DNA of 64,000 nt from Phormidesmis sp. (lineage in GTDB: Bacteria > Cyanobacteriota > Cyanobacteriia > Leptolyngbyales > Leptolyngbyaceae). Below the pieces are notes generated by a model. It saw only the letters and a list, made by a program, of their open reading frames with translations, was not told where the DNA came from and made no database searches. Both the position numbers and the translations under genes were made by a program. Each line of letters starts with the position of its first letter. The first letter of the stretch is position 1. Location of the stretch: positions 928,001 to 992,000 of the forward strand of contig CBDFJR010000005.1 of NCBI GenBank assembly GCA_965248535.1. The letters run 5' to 3'. Positions 50,613 through 64,000 of the stretch are shown here, piece after piece.

Positions 50613-52685
50613 TCATCCTTGCCTGACTAAACTTTGCTGTAGCTGCGATCGCAGGTGTTCCAGACTCCGCGCTGGCTCTTTGCAACTGACTGCCTGACAG
50701 ACAAACCCGACAACTCCTTCAGGCAGCTTTGGCTCTAGGGCAAACACGGCAGTCGGTAAATAGTGAGTTTCTAAAAGCGCAATCTGGTCAGCGCTCGATC
50801 GCACCAACGTGCAGTTGCGAAACCAATCTAACGCCACAAATAAGCTCGGACACGCCGTAGGTGACTCTTGCATGACGCTGCCAAAAGCCTGCAAGGTTTG
50901 TTCGGCTTTGTCGAGATGATTGAGGTCTTTAGTGAGCAACGCCACCCGGATGAGATTGGCGATCGCCACGCCATTAGCCGCCGGAGTCGCATTATCGATA
51001 TAGCTGCGCTCTCGCACTAATAAATCACGACTCGCATCCCCAGCCGTGTTGTAATAGCCGCCCTCGACGCTCCACAAAAACTCGTCAAACTCAGACTGAA
51101 CTCGGATCGCCTGATCCAGCCAGTTAGTTTGATTTTCGGGCGCGGTTTGGCGAAGGCTGCGGGTGACTTGATGCAGATCTAACAGCGCTTTGATCAACAG
51201 CGCATAGTCTTCAGATTGGGCCAGCCCTGCAACCTGTCCTTCATAATTCACGCGGTGCAAGCGACCATTCACCCACTGATTTTGCAGAATAAAATCGGCT
51301 GCCTGACTCGCCAATTCCAAATAGTCCAACTCTCGAAACACGGCGTAGGCCCGCGCTAAACCAGAAATCATCAAGCTATTCCAGGCGACGATCATTTTGG
51401 TGTCGGTCACGGCTGGAATGCGACCGGGCCAGGCGATAGTTTTAGCATCTTGATTATTTCTCGCTGGGGGAAACGTCGTCAACTCCTCAGCCGAAGTCCC
51501 ATAGCGGATTAGAAATAGCTTGGCGATCGCTGATTCTACCCGATCCGAAAGTTTGCCAGAATGCCGACGCTGAAGCACGTTTAGCCCCTCAAAGTTGCCG
51601 TTCTCCGTTAAGGTAAAGTGTTCGCTGAGTTCAGCTAATTCCTCAGCCGAGAGCGCGGTTTGAAGCTCGTCAAAACTCCAGGCATAAAACGCTCCCTCTT
51701 CGGGTTCTGGCTCGTCGGCCGTGGCGAAACTGTCGGCATCTTGCGCCGCATAGAAGTAACCTTGGGGAGCGGTCATTTCGCGCTTGAGCCACTGCACGGT
51801 CAGGGAGACCGATCGCTCAAAGGCTGGTTCCTCGACTCCCGTTGCCCACAAATTGGCGAGATATTCCACAATTTGCCCATTGTCAGAGAGCATTTTTTCA
51901 AAGTGAGGCACTGTCCAAGTCGGGTCAACCGTGTAGCGATGAAAGCCGCCGCCCACTTGGTCAAAAATGCCGCCGAGGGCTAAATCTAAGCCGCGCTGGG
52001 TGGTCACTGCTTTTGCGTCGTAGCGAGACTCTCCAGAAAATCGCACCTTTCGCAAGGCCGCCTCTGCGTAGGGCATCATCGGAAAACTGGGGCCCGGTGC
52101 TTTTGAGGTGAGCACCCCAACGCTAGATTCTAAACCATCTTTGAGCAACTCTGGGCCCAAGTCTAAAGCAGGTTGCAGCGCCACAGATTTCTGTAAGTTG
52201 CTCAAAATCTCAGCTTTGATGCCATCGAGTTTGCCTTTTTCAGAATCGTAGTAGCGACGAATGGCTTGCAGCACCTGCAAAAATCCGGGTCGTCCATAGC
52301 GAGGGTCTACTGGAAAATAAGTTCCCCCATAAAAAGGCACTAAATCATCGGGCGCGAGAAAAATATTCAGCGGCCAGCCGCCTTGACCGACCATCATTTG
52401 CAGCGCTTGCATATAGATGCTGTCTAGATCAGGACGTTCTTCGCGATCGACCTTAATCGGCAAAAAATTGGCGTTGAGATAATCGGCGATCGTCCCGTCT
52501 GAAAACGCTTCGCCTTCCATCACGGTGCACCAGTGACAGCTAGAATAGCCCACTGAGAGAAAAATCGGTTTATCGTCTCGCCGCGCCGTTTCTAGCGCTT
52601 CGTCACACCACGTCCACCACTCGATCGGGTTTTCGGCGTGTTTGCGAAGATAGAGGCTTTGGGCTTGGGCAAGGCGATTGGTCAT
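50613..52685 (-). CDS. YyaL/SSP411 thioredoxin-domain protein
   Basis: NRL...SLYLRKHA.NP, SSCHWC, KVDREERPD, VPHFEKML. Confidence 0.93.
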   Translation of the reverse strand: MTNRLAQAQSLYLRKHAENPIEWWTWCDEALETARRDDKPIFLSVGYSSCHWCTVMEGEAFSDGTIADYLNANFLPIKVDREERPDLDSIYMQALQMMVGQGGWPLNIFLAPDDLVPFYGGTYFPVDPRYGRPGFLQVLQAIRRYYDSEKGKLDGIKAEILSNLQKSVALQPALDLGPELLKDGLESSVGVLTSKAPGPSFPMMPYAEAALRKVRFSGESRYDAKAVTTQRGLDLALGGIFDQVGGGFHRYTVDPTWTVPHFEKMLSDNGQIVEYLANLWATGVEEPAFERSVSLTVQWLKREMTAPQGYFYAAQDADSFATADEPEPEEGAFYAWSFDELQTALSAEELAELSEHFTLTENGNFEGLNVLQRRHSGKLSDRVESAIAKLFLIRYGTSAEELTTFPPARNNQDAKTIAWPGRIPAVTDTKMIVAWNSLMISGLARAYAVFRELDYLELASQAADFILQNQWVNGRLHRVNYEGQVAGLAQSEDYALLIKALLDLHQVTRSLRQTAPENQTNWLDQAIRVQSEFDEFLWSVEGGYYNTAGDASRDLLVRERSYIDNATPAANGVAIANLIRVALLTKDLNHLDKAEQTLQAFGSVMQESPTACPSLFVALDWFRNCTLVRSSADQIALLETHYLPTAVFALEPKLPEGVVGFVCQAVSCKEPARSLEHLRSQLQQSLVRQG

Positions 52686-52802
52686 GACGGTGAGTAAAAC
52701 TCCATGATGAGTTTATCTGTTAATTATGTAATGTTGCAGAACTTGACCCACAGCGTAGGAAGAATTAATTACAACAAGCGTGAACTTATCTAAGTGTGAC
52801 CT

Positions 52803-53210
52803 ATGGATGTTTTGACTGGAGCAGCGATCGCCAAGTTAGCGTTTGATGAGTTTGTTAAATCTGGAGCCGGGGAAGTCGCTAAAAAAGCGGTTGGTGGGGC
52901 GATCGGGCAATTGCGATCGGCGATTCAAAAGCGATTTGAGGGAAATAAGAAGGCGGAGGCGGCGATCGTCAAAATTGAAGAGGAGCGATCGCCGGAGGCT
53001 TTGAATAAACTTGCGGTCTATCTCGATGATGAGATGGATGATCCGCAGTTCGCGCAGACGTTGCAGCAGTTGGCGCAGCAGGTGATCAACATTGGCAAGC
53101 AAGAGCAGAATAGCGCTCAGTTCAACATTGACGCACGAGACAATGCGCGAGTGAATGCGATTAATGACTTGGATGCAACGACTGTGAATTTTGGCGATCA
53201 GCGTCCATGA
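52803..53210 (+). CDS. Hypothetical protein
   Basis: 135-aa ATG ORF, helical, HIP1-rich. Confidence 0.7.
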   Translation: MDVLTGAAIAKLAFDEFVKSGAGEVAKKAVGGAIGQLRSAIQKRFEGNKKAEAAIVKIEEERSPEALNKLAVYLDDEMDDPQFAQTLQQLAQQVINIGKQEQNSAQFNIDARDNARVNAINDLDATTVNFGDQRP

Positions 53211-53391
53211 GCGGCAAGTTTGACGGGAAAAGGCAGTTCTTGCAATCATCATCAGGTGTACTGATTGTCCGGCGCTTGAGTGAGTTGACTACTAGTTCTT
53301 AGCCGATTGTGGATTTCGTCACAAGTACAGGTTTTATGCACGAGGTGGTCTACAGTTGCCTTGCCCCAAACAAATCGCGTTTTTGGGGGAG

Positions 53392-53748
53392 TTAGACAAC
53401 AAAGCTGTCAGCCTGGTTTGCAACAAGTCTACTAACATAGACAAGCTCTGAGGACGATCGCCGCAGATAAATCACCACTTGCACCATCTGTTTTTGAGGA
53501 AAGCGCCGATAAACTCGCAGTCGATAGTCCGCCATGCTCAAGGGCATGGCTGGGTCAGGATCGGTCTGAAACTCGCAGTACAGCACCACGCGATCGGACT
53601 CCAGCAAAATCAGCGCATCGGCACGAATTGGCTCAAGGGACAGTTCAGAGGGACTCAATTCTGTCAGGGCGATCGGTTCACCAATCAGCCAACTGGCAAA
53701 ATCTGCCGAAAACTGTTCGGCTAAAAATTTGGAGATGTTGTCGAACAT
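53392..53748 (-). pseudogene. Truncated Rpn/YhgA-like (PD-(D/E)XK) protein
   Basis: MFDNISKFLAE..ELSLEPIRAD..EFQT.PD..MADY.LR; ends after about 105 recognisable residues. Confidence 0.75.
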
Positions 53749-53782
53749 TTTCTGATTCCATTAGAGCGGTGATTGTTGCCAA

Positions 53783-56035
53783 TCACTGCTGTCGCCACCA
53801 CGCTCGCACTAGACGAATCTCGTCATAGCCATACACGTCTCCGAGATAATCGCGGATTTGAGTGAGAGAATTGTCTCCTACCGTTTCCATTGCTTCGATG
53901 ATTTTGTCTCGACGATCGCTGCTCACTAACCGCTCGATCTCCACGGCGTAGCCCATCTCTAACAACTCAGCCAGGTGCCCCGTCACGGTATTGAGGCGAA
54001 TACTTCGCTGCTCGGCAATATCAGCAGGTTTTAGACCCTGATTAAATAGTTCTAAAGTGTGAAGCTGGGTGTAGGTTGCCTGACTCGATTCGGGTTGAGT
54101 TGGGGGCGCAATGGGGGCGATCGGGGTCGAGACCCCCGCAAAGCGATCGCTTTCGACGGGCAATCCTTTTTCGGCTCGAAAGTCACGAATCTCATCTAAA
54201 AATGCGTCGCCATATTGGGAGAGCTTGCGATCGCCCACGCCCGAAATTTCTCGAAACTGAGCGCGAGTTTGGGGCTGCTGTTGCGCCATCAATCGCAAAC
54301 TCGCATTCGAGAAAATCACGTAAGGCGGCACTGCTTGTTTGTCTGCCAACTGTTTGCGAAGTTTTTGCAAAATTTCGTAGAGTTCTTCGGTCTCTGGCGT
54401 GTTGAGATCAGGGGCTTTGGTGACGCTGAGTTTTTGCTTGAGTTGCACTACGGCAATATTCACCGATCGCTGTTTTCGCAAGACTTCCCAACTTAGCTCG
54501 TTGAGCTTGAGAACCGAATAGCCGTCGGTCGCTTCTTCGACTAGTCGCTGATGCAGCAGCGATCGCCCTAACATTCGCCATTCTTCGATGCTGCGATCTT
54601 TGCCAATGCCATAGGTTGAAAGTTGGTCATGTCTGTTTTTGAGAATGCGATCGGCTTTTGAGCCGCGCAGCACGTCGATCGTGTAGCCCATGCCAAAACT
54701 CTGCCCTTGTTGAGAAAAGCGGGCAATGCACGAGAGAAATTTTTGAGCGTCGATCGTCCAGTCTTCGATCGGTTTGGGATAGCGACAGTTGTCACAGTTG
54801 CCGCAGTTGCCCGGAAAGTCTTCGCCAAAATAGGCTAATTGAATGGTGCGACGGCATTCGGTCGCTTCTGCATAGTTGATCACGCGGCGTAACTGCTGCG
54901 TTGCAATTCGCTGTTCATCTTCTAATGGCTCACCTGATATCGGATCGACTTTTTGACCAATCAGAAACTCGATTGTTTTAATGTCACCTACGCCGAAGTA
55001 AAGCGTGCAGTGCGACGGTTCACTATCGCGTCCGGCTCGACCTGATTCTTGATAATAGCCTTCGATGTTGCGAGGCAAATCGTAGTGAACTACAAGCCTT
55101 ACATCTGGCTTGTTAATTCCCATTCCAAACGCGACGGTTGCCACCATCACTCTCACATCATCTCGAATGAAGCGCGTTTGATTTTCGCTGCGAGTTTTAT
55201 TGTCTAATCCTGCGTGATAAGGCAGAGCAGCAATGCCATCGTGTTTGAGTTTTGCGGCAATTTCTTCGACCCGTTTACGGCTGAGACAATAAACAATGCC
55301 TGAACCTTGACTTTGCCGAATTTGCTGCACTAATTCTCGATAGGAATTACTGGTTTTTTGACGAACTTCATAATATAAATTCGGCCGATTAAAACTGGCA
55401 ACGTGAACGCTAGGCACACGCAACTGCAATTGCTGAATGATATCGTGACGCACCCGCTCAGTTGCCGTCGCCGTTAACGCAATCACGGGCACTTCTGGAT
55501 AGTGCTCACGTAAATAATTTAACTGCCGATATTCAGGACGAAAATCATGGCCCCATTCTGAAACACAGTGCGCTTCGTCGATCGCAAAGGCCGAGATGCC
55601 GACCCGATCGCGGATATGCGGCAACACAGAATTCAAATAATCTTCGCTCAACAATCGCTCCGGCGCGACATAGAGCAGCTTGATTCGACCTTCCATCACG
55701 GCTCTGCCCCGCGATCGTAGCTCGTCGGCGTTTAAGCTGCTGTTCATAAAGGTGGCTGAGATGCCATTGTCTTGCAGCAAGGTCACCTGATCTTGCATCA
55801 GCGCAATCAGCGGCGACACCACAATCATCAGCCCCGGTTTGAGCAACGCCGGAAGCTGAAAGCACAGCGACTTGCCACCCCCCGTGGGCATGACCACTAG
55901 CTGATCGCGATTGTCGATCGTCTGCTCAATAATCTGACGCTGACCGGGGCGAAAACTGTCATAGCCAAAGTAGTGTTTGAGCGCTTGCTCTAACGAAATA
56001 AAGTCGGTGGTGGCAGTTGGAAGGCTGGCTGACAT
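53783..56035 (-). CDS. recQ: ATP-dependent DNA helicase RecQ
   Basis: [35 protein letters not shown] zinc motif, HRDC domain. Confidence 0.97.
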   Translation of the reverse strand: MSASLPTATTDFISLEQALKHYFGYDSFRPGQRQIIEQTIDNRDQLVVMPTGGGKSLCFQLPALLKPGLMIVVSPLIALMQDQVTLLQDNGISATFMNSSLNADELRSRGRAVMEGRIKLLYVAPERLLSEDYLNSVLPHIRDRVGISAFAIDEAHCVSEWGHDFRPEYRQLNYLREHYPEVPVIALTATATERVRHDIIQQLQLRVPSVHVASFNRPNLYYEVRQKTSNSYRELVQQIRQSQGSGIVYCLSRKRVEEIAAKLKHDGIAALPYHAGLDNKTRSENQTRFIRDDVRVMVATVAFGMGINKPDVRLVVHYDLPRNIEGYYQESGRAGRDSEPSHCTLYFGVGDIKTIEFLIGQKVDPISGEPLEDEQRIATQQLRRVINYAEATECRRTIQLAYFGEDFPGNCGNCDNCRYPKPIEDWTIDAQKFLSCIARFSQQGQSFGMGYTIDVLRGSKADRILKNRHDQLSTYGIGKDRSIEEWRMLGRSLLHQRLVEEATDGYSVLKLNELSWEVLRKQRSVNIAVVQLKQKLSVTKAPDLNTPETEELYEILQKLRKQLADKQAVPPYVIFSNASLRLMAQQQPQTRAQFREISGVGDRKLSQYGDAFLDEIRDFRAEKGLPVESDRFAGVSTPIAPIAPPTQPESSQATYTQLHTLELFNQGLKPADIAEQRSIRLNTVTGHLAELLEMGYAVEIERLVSSDRRDKIIEAMETVGDNSLTQIRDYLGDVYGYDEIRLVRAWWRQQ

Positions 56036-56109
56036 TTCGCGTGAGATCAGTTTTTGCTAGATCTTATAATACCTTTGATCTGGGTTAGAGACGGGTTGGC
56101 TAAACGCAC

Positions 56110-56142
56110 AGATCTCCGACTTCCTGGAGAAGTTGGAGATCT
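56110..56142. repeat. REP-like palindrome
   Basis: AGATCTCCGACTTC..GAAGTTGGAGATCT. Confidence 0.55.
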
Positions 56143-56147
56143 TATAC

Positions 56148-56182
56148 AAAAAGCGATCGCTCCTTGTTCAAGAACGATCGCT
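56148..56182 (-). terminator. groEL intrinsic terminator
   Basis: Minus strand AGCGATCGTTCTTG..CAAGGAGCGATCGCT followed by a T run. Confidence 0.7.
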
Positions 56183-56235
56183 GATCTTACAGTTAATGTT
56201 TAGGGACACCACAAGAAGTGATGTCCCTGAACCGA

Positions 56236-57915
<1,680 letters not shown>

Positions 57916-57928
57916 TCAGAATTCAGGA

Positions 57929-58240
57929 CTACTGAACGATCGCTAAAATGTCTTTCTCTGACAACAAAACATACTCTTCGCTGCCGAGTTTGATGTCGGT
58001 GCCTGCATATTTTGAGTAGAGAACTTTGTCGCCAATTTTGACTTCTGGCTCTTGACGAGAACCATCTTCATTGCGCTTGCCTGGCCCGATCGCTGCAATT
58101 TCGCCGACCTGGGGCTTTTCTTTAGCGTTGTCAGGCAAGAAGATGCCACCTGCGGTTTTTTCTTCAGCGGCACTGACTTTGACGAACACGCGATCGCCAA
58201 GGGGTTGAACAGTGGACACGCTCAGAGATACGGCTGCCAT
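57929..58240 (-). CDS. groES: Co-chaperonin GroES
   Basis: [21 protein letters not shown]. Confidence 0.99.
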   Translation of the reverse strand: MAAVSLSVSTVQPLGDRVFVKVSAAEEKTAGGIFLPDNAKEKPQVGEIAAIGPGKRNEDGSRQEPEVKIGDKVLYSKYAGTDIKLGSEEYVLLSEKDILAIVQ

Positions 58241-58409
58241 AGAAATTCTCCAAACTATCTAGATAAGGGATAACAATTGAAATGCCTTGATGGCTGGAAA
58301 GGCACGTCTGAACCGTTGCCTTTTTGACCAGCAGCAGCCCAGTCCAGAAGGGTGTGGACACTTAACTGGTTGCTTACGTTTACCAGTCTACAGGACTTTG
58401 AGCATTGAG

Positions 58410-58436
58410 TTAGCACTCTCGGCTCCTGAGTGCTAA
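58410..58436. promoter_or_regulatory. CIRCE (HrcA operator)
   Basis: Perfect TTAGCACTC-N9-GAGTGCTAA. Confidence 0.97.
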
Positions 58437-58463
58437 TTTAGCGGAGGTTCACCCCAGATGCAA
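58435..58463 (-). promoter_or_regulatory. groESL promoter
   Basis: Minus strand TTGCAT-N17-TAAATT. Confidence 0.7.
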
Positions 58464-58474
58464 CTTTATTTTGA

Positions 58475-58490
58475 GTACGGGTTTCCGAAC
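58475..58490 (-). promoter_or_regulatory. K-box
   Basis: Minus strand GTTCGG-AAAC-CCGTAC matches GTTCGG-NNAN-CCNNAC. Confidence 0.85.
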
Positions 58491-58606
58491 TGGGGCTAGG
58501 GCTGGGGGCTTTCCTAGTCCTTGCAGTCCAGAGTTTAAATAAAGTCCTGTGTTGGCGATCGTGAGACGTTTCAATTTCGCGGCTCACTAGCTGATCAAAA
58601 ACTTGC

Positions 58607-59827
58607 TCACCGGAAGTCTGCGGCGGCTTTGGCGATCGCCCCTAGCTGCAACCCCGGCGGATAGGTGCCTTCGTCTTTAATTTGCTTAATAGCCGCTTCT
58701 GAAATGGGCAGATTCATTTTTTTGGAGAGAGATCGCACGACATCACCGCGATCGATCACGCCCGAAATTGCCCCCGCAGGCGACAGCACCGTGACGCGAG
58801 GCAGTGACTGAGTTTCCATCAGCCGAATCACATCGACCAAAGCGGTAGACTCTTGCACCGACGGAATCTCAGCCAACGGCTGCACAATGCTCAACACTGT
58901 TTTTGTTTCCCACTGGCTGCGCTCAATGGTTTGCAGAGCATCGGCATCGACTCGCCCCCGATAGCGCCCGTCAGAAGCCGCAAAATAAACAGGAGCACGA
59001 GTTGCTGTCAGCAAATAATCATCGGCAAACTGCCGCAGCGTCAGGTTAGCATCAACAACTCGAAATTCGCGAGTCATCGCATCTTCAGCACTGAGTTTGA
59101 GCAGGGTTTCTTGCAGGACGGTTTGCTGATCATAGGCTGTGGCATTTTGCACCACAAACCAGGCAATGAGGGTTATGTAGAGTCCAGTAAAGACAGAAAT
59201 CGCTCGTCCAAACACGCCCACAATAGCGAGAGCGATCGCTAAACTGCCCAAAGTTTTGCCCACTCTAGCCGCCCAGTGCACCCCTTGAAAATGGCTGCCT
59301 GTGATCTTCCAGACGATCGCTTTGAGCACCAACCCGCCGTCTAGGGGCAACCCCGGAATCATGTTAAACAGCGTTAAAACTAAATTGATGCTGGCCAGTC
59401 GCTGGGTCAACACGGCAACCGGGGTGCTGTCTCCGGGCAGCGCTAGGGTCAACAAGCTGAGGAAGATAAACAGGCTAAAACTGACGAGCGGGCCCGCGAT
59501 CGCGACCTGAAACGCTTTGCCGGGGGTTTTGGGTTCTTGCTCGATCGCGGCAATGCCACCAAAAAAGAACAGGGTAATCGACTTAACCGGAATGCCCTGA
59601 GCCTTGGCAACAAAACTGTGACCCAACTCGTGCAGCAGCACCGAGGCAAACAAGAGGAGTGCCATCAGCAGCCCGGTCACCCAAGCGATCGTCGATCCCC
59701 ATTCGGGGTGAATTTTTTGAAACAGTGAACTATCCGATAAAGTAATCAGTGACAGCACCAAAAACCAAGACGGATCGATCAACAGCGGAATGCCAAATAA
59801 AGAGCCAGCGCGCCAGCTTGACTGCAT
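58607..59827 (-). CDS. Site-2 (M50) protease with CBS domains
   Basis: HELGH, AGP, FNMIPGLPLDGG, C-terminal CBS pair. Confidence 0.93.
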   Translation of the reverse strand: MQSSWRAGSLFGIPLLIDPSWFLVLSLITLSDSSLFQKIHPEWGSTIAWVTGLLMALLLFASVLLHELGHSFVAKAQGIPVKSITLFFFGGIAAIEQEPKTPGKAFQVAIAGPLVSFSLFIFLSLLTLALPGDSTPVAVLTQRLASINLVLTLFNMIPGLPLDGGLVLKAIVWKITGSHFQGVHWAARVGKTLGSLAIALAIVGVFGRAISVFTGLYITLIAWFVVQNATAYDQQTVLQETLLKLSAEDAMTREFRVVDANLTLRQFADDYLLTATRAPVYFAASDGRYRGRVDADALQTIERSQWETKTVLSIVQPLAEIPSVQESTALVDVIRLMETQSLPRVTVLSPAGAISGVIDRGDVVRSLSKKMNLPISEAAIKQIKDEGTYPPGLQLGAIAKAAADFR

Positions 59828-60005
59828 GAACAATTTCCTAAATCAGCTATGCCTAACATCGTCCACGATCGTTCGTCAAATCACAGGCTGCGTCACGATC
59901 CTAGAAAACGCTAGGCTTTTCCCCCAGCATAGTTGATCTGAATTCACAAAAACGAGCTTCGTCAGGCATCAGGGCGGTGTCCCAACTAAGCTCGTTCGTC
60001 TGCTG

Positions 60006-60278
60006 TTAGAGAACGCCCGCGTTGCTCAAGCCCAAAATCACGCCTGCCCCTAAAACGTGACCAAAGCTCATGGTGGCTAAAAGCTCAGGAATGCCGAACC
60101 CGTCAAAGAGAGCGGGGTTTTGGACGGGCAGTTTGGGCCCGATACCACGATTTTTGATGGCAGTGCGCCCGATCGCGACGGCAAACAAACAGCAAAGGCT
60201 CATCGTCAAGCCCACCATCGGTGACCATTCAACCGTCCGCGCTGTTGCTGCAACCCCTAGTAAAGTAGAGTAAATCAA
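60006..60278 (-). CDS. psaK: Photosystem I subunit PsaK
   Basis: WSP.VG..M..ELLATMSFGHVLGAGVILGLSN.G. Confidence 0.93.
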   Translation of the reverse strand: MIYSTLLGVAATARTVEWSPMVGLTMSLCCLFAVAIGRTAIKNRGIGPKLPVQNPALFDGFGIPELLATMSFGHVLGAGVILGLSNAGVL

Positions 60279-60398
60279 GAATTTTGCTCCTAATTCTAAC
60301 TGGGCAAGTATAAATACTCAGTGATTATAGAAGTCTGAGTTTCAAGTTTTGAGATTTGGGCAAATTCTGATTTAAAACTTAAACCTTACAAAAACCAG

Positions 60399-61056
60399 AT
60401 GGGTCTACGGGTCAAAATTTGCGGCATCACTCAAGCCGATCAGGGTTGCGCGATCGCTCGACCTAGGAGCAACGGCTTTGGGGTTTATCTGCGTCGCGGG
60501 CACGCCTCGCTATGTTTCCCCGATCCAAATTCGAGCCATTGTTGATCGGTTGCCCAAAGATTTGACGACGGGCGAGAAGCTCGATCGGGTCGGTGTCTTT
60601 CTCAACGCATCGCTGCTAGAAATCGGTCAGACGGTGGCGATCGCTGGGCTAAACAGCGTTCAGCTTCACGGCAGCGAGTCGCCAGAGTTTTGTCACCAAC
60701 TGCGCCGGGCGCTTCCTGAGGTTGAGATTATCAAAGCTTTAAGAATCAAAACTCCCGCAGCTTTGGGTCAGGCAGACCTCTATCAGGGTTGGGTCGATGC
60801 CCTGCTGCTAGATGCCTATCACCCCACCCTTCAAGGCGGCACGGGTGAAACGCTAGATTGGTCAATGCTACGATCGTTTCGTCCGACTTGTCCCTGGTTT
60901 TTGGCAGGCGGACTCAATGCCGATAATGTCTTAGAGGCTCTGGAAGCCTTGTCACCGGATGGAATCGACTTGTCTAGCGGGGTTGAAAACGCCCCAGGTG
61001 ATAAGAATCTAGAGCAGGTTGCAAGCCTATTTGAGCGATTAAGAAAAGTGGAGTGA
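60399..61056 (+). CDS. trpF: Phosphoribosylanthranilate isomerase (frameshift near 60461)
   Basis: MGLRVKICGIT from 60399, then GFIC, VQLHG.E, LLDA, GGTG, LAGGL, DLSSGVE in the next frame. Confidence 0.93.
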
Positions 61057-61100
61057 ATAAGAGGGTGAATTAAAGGATATCGGTCACTGGCATAGGCAAT

Positions 61101-61125
61101 GGGCACGGCAATGCCATGCCCTTAC
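61101..61125. repeat. REP-like palindrome
   Basis: GGGCACGGCAATGCCATGCCCTTAC, same family as 16731-16787. Confidence 0.6.
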
Positions 61126-61181
61126 GGAAATCTGGAGTACAGAGGCGAGGCGCTAGACCTTATGGTTCAGGTTAGTTAGAC

Positions 61182-61883
61182 CTACCAGAAAGAAGGCTGG
61201 TGACGAATCAGATTGAGAAACTCTTCACGGGTTTTTTGATCGTCTTGAAACACGCCCACCATCGCACTGGTCACCGTCCACGAACCGGGTTTTTGCACTC
61301 CGCGCATCACCATGCACATGTGGCTGGCCTCCATCACGACAGCAACGCCTCTCGGCTCCAAAATTTCCTTGACGGCCTCAGCAATTTGCCGGGTCAGACG
61401 CTCTTGCACCTGCAACCGCCGCGAATACATCTCGACGATTCTGGCCAGTTTGCTCAACCCGACCACTTTTTGGTTGGGGATATAAGCAACGTGCACTCGA
61501 CCCATAAACGGCAGCATGTGATGTTCGCACAAGCTAAACGCATTGATATCACGCACCAGCACCATCTCGTTGTGACCTTCGTCAAAGATGGCACCGTTGA
61601 CCAACTCTTCTAGCGACGTGTCATAGCCGCTGGTCAAAAACCGCATCGCCTCAGCGACCCGTTTTGGCGTTTTGAGCAACCCTTCGCGATCGGGGTCTTC
61701 ACCTACGCCCAACAGCATTGTTCTCACGGCAGCCATCATCTCTTCTTGGCTGATGTCAGAGGGCGATCGCAGTTTGGCCTCTTGACCGTTGAGGGTGTTG
61801 CGATCGGGTCTCGGCTCTAGATTGGCAACTTTAGAAGGCGACGAGTCAGAGGTGTTAGACCCATTTGGGGAAGCAATAGTCAT
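61182..61883 (-). CDS. folE: GTP cyclohydrolase I
   Basis: [33 protein letters not shown]. Confidence 0.97.
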   Translation of the reverse strand: MTIASPNGSNTSDSSPSKVANLEPRPDRNTLNGQEAKLRSPSDISQEEMMAAVRTMLLGVGEDPDREGLLKTPKRVAEAMRFLTSGYDTSLEELVNGAIFDEGHNEMVLVRDINAFSLCEHHMLPFMGRVHVAYIPNQKVVGLSKLARIVEMYSRRLQVQERLTRQIAEAVKEILEPRGVAVVMEASHMCMVMRGVQKPGSWTVTSAMVGVFQDDQKTREEFLNLIRHQPSFW

Positions 61884-61944
61884 GATAAATCCAGCTAGGG
61901 GTTATGAAGGAACGAACACACCATGCCCACAATCGACGCACGGC

Positions 61945-62670
61945 TTAGAAAGCGCCCGCGTTGGGCATTAAAATCAACTCCTCAACCACGGCTTGGTGAG
62001 GCATCAGTGTTGCATAGAGAATCGATTGGGCAACAACATCTGGGGTCAACATGCTGGCACGATCAAAGTCTGCGTCAACGGTGTCAGTGTCCCAAAGAGA
62101 TGTGTTGACGGAGCCAGGAGACACGGTGATCACCCGAATGCCGTGGGCCCGCTCTTCGGCTGCCAGAGTTTTTGACAGGGCCAATAAACCCGACTTGCTG
62201 ACGCAATAGGCTCCCCAATTAGGAAACGTTTGATGGGCGGCGATCGAGGCAACGTTAACGATCGTCCCCTGCTGGCGCTCCCGCATTCCGGGCAACACGG
62301 CCTGAATGCACTGCAAAACGCTAGTCACGTTGAGGTTGATCACCTGCTGCCAGTCGGCGAGTGACATATCCATCAGAGAGCCTGTGTAGCCCATGCCAGC
62401 GTTATTGATCAGAATATCAAGGGGGCCAAAATCGGCGGCGATTGCCGCGATCTGCGATCGCACTTGAGCCACGGCTGACAGGTCGATCGGGTAAACCTGC
62501 ACCTTGACACCAAACTGACGAGCCGCGTCTGCCACGACTTCTAACTGAGGCTGAGAGCGACTCACCAAGGCTAGGTGAATCCCAGCTTCAGCAAACGCCA
62601 GGGCAGTTGCTTTGCCAATTCCGCTGCTCGCGCCCGTAATCAGGGCACGTCGGTCTAAAGGAAGGGTCAT
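61945..62670 (-). CDS. Short-chain dehydrogenase/reductase
   Basis: TGASSGIG, NNAG, YCVSK. Confidence 0.93.
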   Translation of the reverse strand: MTLPLDRRALITGASSGIGKATALAFAEAGIHLALVSRSQPQLEVVADAARQFGVKVQVYPIDLSAVAQVRSQIAAIAADFGPLDILINNAGMGYTGSLMDMSLADWQQVINLNVTSVLQCIQAVLPGMRERQQGTIVNVASIAAHQTFPNWGAYCVSKSGLLALSKTLAAEERAHGIRVITVSPGSVNTSLWDTDTVDADFDRASMLTPDVVAQSILYATLMPHQAVVEELILMPNAGAF

Positions 62671-63014
62671 GCAATACTCTTATTAACTCAAGGGTGAGCA
62701 AGCGTTTTGAAGGTCAACCGCTAACTGGGCACCTCGTTGACGACGCAGGCGAAAACAAGAACCAGACCGCGACATTCGCACACCAAAAGCGACGAAACAT
62801 CGATCAATACAGGAGACCCTCTGAGCGTAGTTAAACGTTAAAGAGTGAGAACGGTTTGAAAAACTCAGTCGCCCCTTTGATCATAATCCTTACTAGAACC
62901 AAAACATTAGTTCTAGTTAAGGTCAACAAACCAAGGAATTGTTAACAATTGTTACGCTTATTCATATTAGCGCAAAATGGAGAGGTTTCTTTTAGCAGCA
63001 CAGGCTTCTCTGGG

Positions 63015-63995
63015 TTAAACCGTCACTTCGGCAAACTTGCCAATACTCCGAAACTTCTGATAGCGAAGCTCACGGCGCTGCTGTCCGCTCATCTGATCCA
63101 ATTCGCCGAGGTTTCTGAGCAGGGCTTCTTTGAGAATCTCGGCCGCCCTGAGCGGATTGGAATGGGCACCCCCGATCGGCTCGGTTAACAGCTCGTCTAA
63201 GATGCCTAAATCTTTGAGATCGGCTGCCGTGATTTTTAACGCTTCGGCGGCTTGATGAGCTTTTGTGGCATCGCGCCAGAGAATCGCAGCACAGGCTTCG
63301 GGCGTGGCCACCGTGTAGACAGAATGCTCAAACATCATCAAGCGATCGCCGACCCCAATTCCCAGCGCACCGCCTGAGCCGCCTTCGCCGATCACCGTGC
63401 AAATAATCGGCACGTCTAGTCGAAACATCTCTCGCAGGTTATGAGCGATCGCTTCGCCTTGCCCTAACTCTTCGGCCCTCAACCCCGCATAAGCGCCGGG
63501 GGTGTCGATAAATGTCAGGATGGGCATCGAAAATCGATTGGCGTGTTCCATCAGTCGCATGGCTTTGCGATAGCCACCGGGCGAGGCCATGCCAAAGTTG
63601 CGGGTGATGTTGTCTTTGGTGTCACGCCCTTTTTGTTGACCTAACATCATCACGGGTCGCCCGTCTAGCCGGGCCACACCCCCAACCACTGCCGGATCGT
63701 CATAGCCGCCCCGATCGCCGTGTAGCTCCATCCAGTCTTCGCTGATCGCCTGAATATAATCAAAGGTGCTGGGTCGCCGCGGGTGACGGGCCACTTGCAG
63801 ACGCTGGGCGGCTGACAGGCTGCTAAAAATTTCTTGACGAAGCTGCACGGCCTTTGCGTCAAGGTGACGAATCTGCTCAGTCACATCAACATCATTTTCT
63901 TCAGCAAGCTCGCGAATCTGGGTGATGCGGGATTCTAGCTCGGCGAGGGGCTTCTCAAAATCGAGGAGAATCGGTTTACGATCGGGAGTAGACAT
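63015..63995 (-). CDS. accA: Acetyl-CoA carboxylase carboxyltransferase alpha
   Basis: [30 protein letters not shown]. Confidence 0.98.
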   Translation of the reverse strand: MSTPDRKPILLDFEKPLAELESRITQIRELAEENDVDVTEQIRHLDAKAVQLRQEIFSSLSAAQRLQVARHPRRPSTFDYIQAISEDWMELHGDRGGYDDPAVVGGVARLDGRPVMMLGQQKGRDTKDNITRNFGMASPGGYRKAMRLMEHANRFSMPILTFIDTPGAYAGLRAEELGQGEAIAHNLREMFRLDVPIICTVIGEGGSGGALGIGVGDRLMMFEHSVYTVATPEACAAILWRDATKAHQAAEALKITAADLKDLGILDELLTEPIGGAHSNPLRAAEILKEALLRNLGELDQMSGQQRRELRYQKFRSIGKFAEVTV

Positions 63996-64000
63996 AGCTC

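Noticed and set aside
62941..62955. NtcA site in the accA-SDR spacer
   Set aside because: GTTAACAATTGTTAC does not fit GTA-N8-TAC.

Overview
Chromosomal window from a cyanobacterium, shown by the abundant HIP1 octamer GCGATCGC, psaK, ndhD, CIRCE plus K-box at groESL, and IsaR1. From about 18.7 kb to 64 kb it is mostly core genome: GH116, upp, tsaE, pyrC/pyrC', lepB, a Cu-type ATPase, tmk, holB, pyrD, ftsI, recQ, groESL, psaK, trpF, folE and accA. The main discovery is the HIP1-poor island at about 1.86-10.8 kb next to mutL, which reads as an integron-type gene cassette array with no integrase in the window. It has five attC-like stem-loops. Its minus-strand cassettes have reciprocally complementary 5' and 3' core sites. 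An attI-like site at about 10.61 kb is flanked by three phased 42-bp repeats. Cargo is three toxin-antitoxin pairs, a GNAT, a HEAT-repeat protein and a secreted protein with an apparently circularly permuted papain-like domain. One attC is split at TTGT/T by a 700-nt ORF-less group IIC-attC intron on the opposite strand. Other points: a hairpin/uORF leader at about 11 kb, a decayed GmrSD gene, a TA module bracketed by a duplicated tsaE 3' end, and four single-base frameshifts in housekeeping genes that look like sequencing errors. All calls come from reading the sequence by eye; no searches were run.
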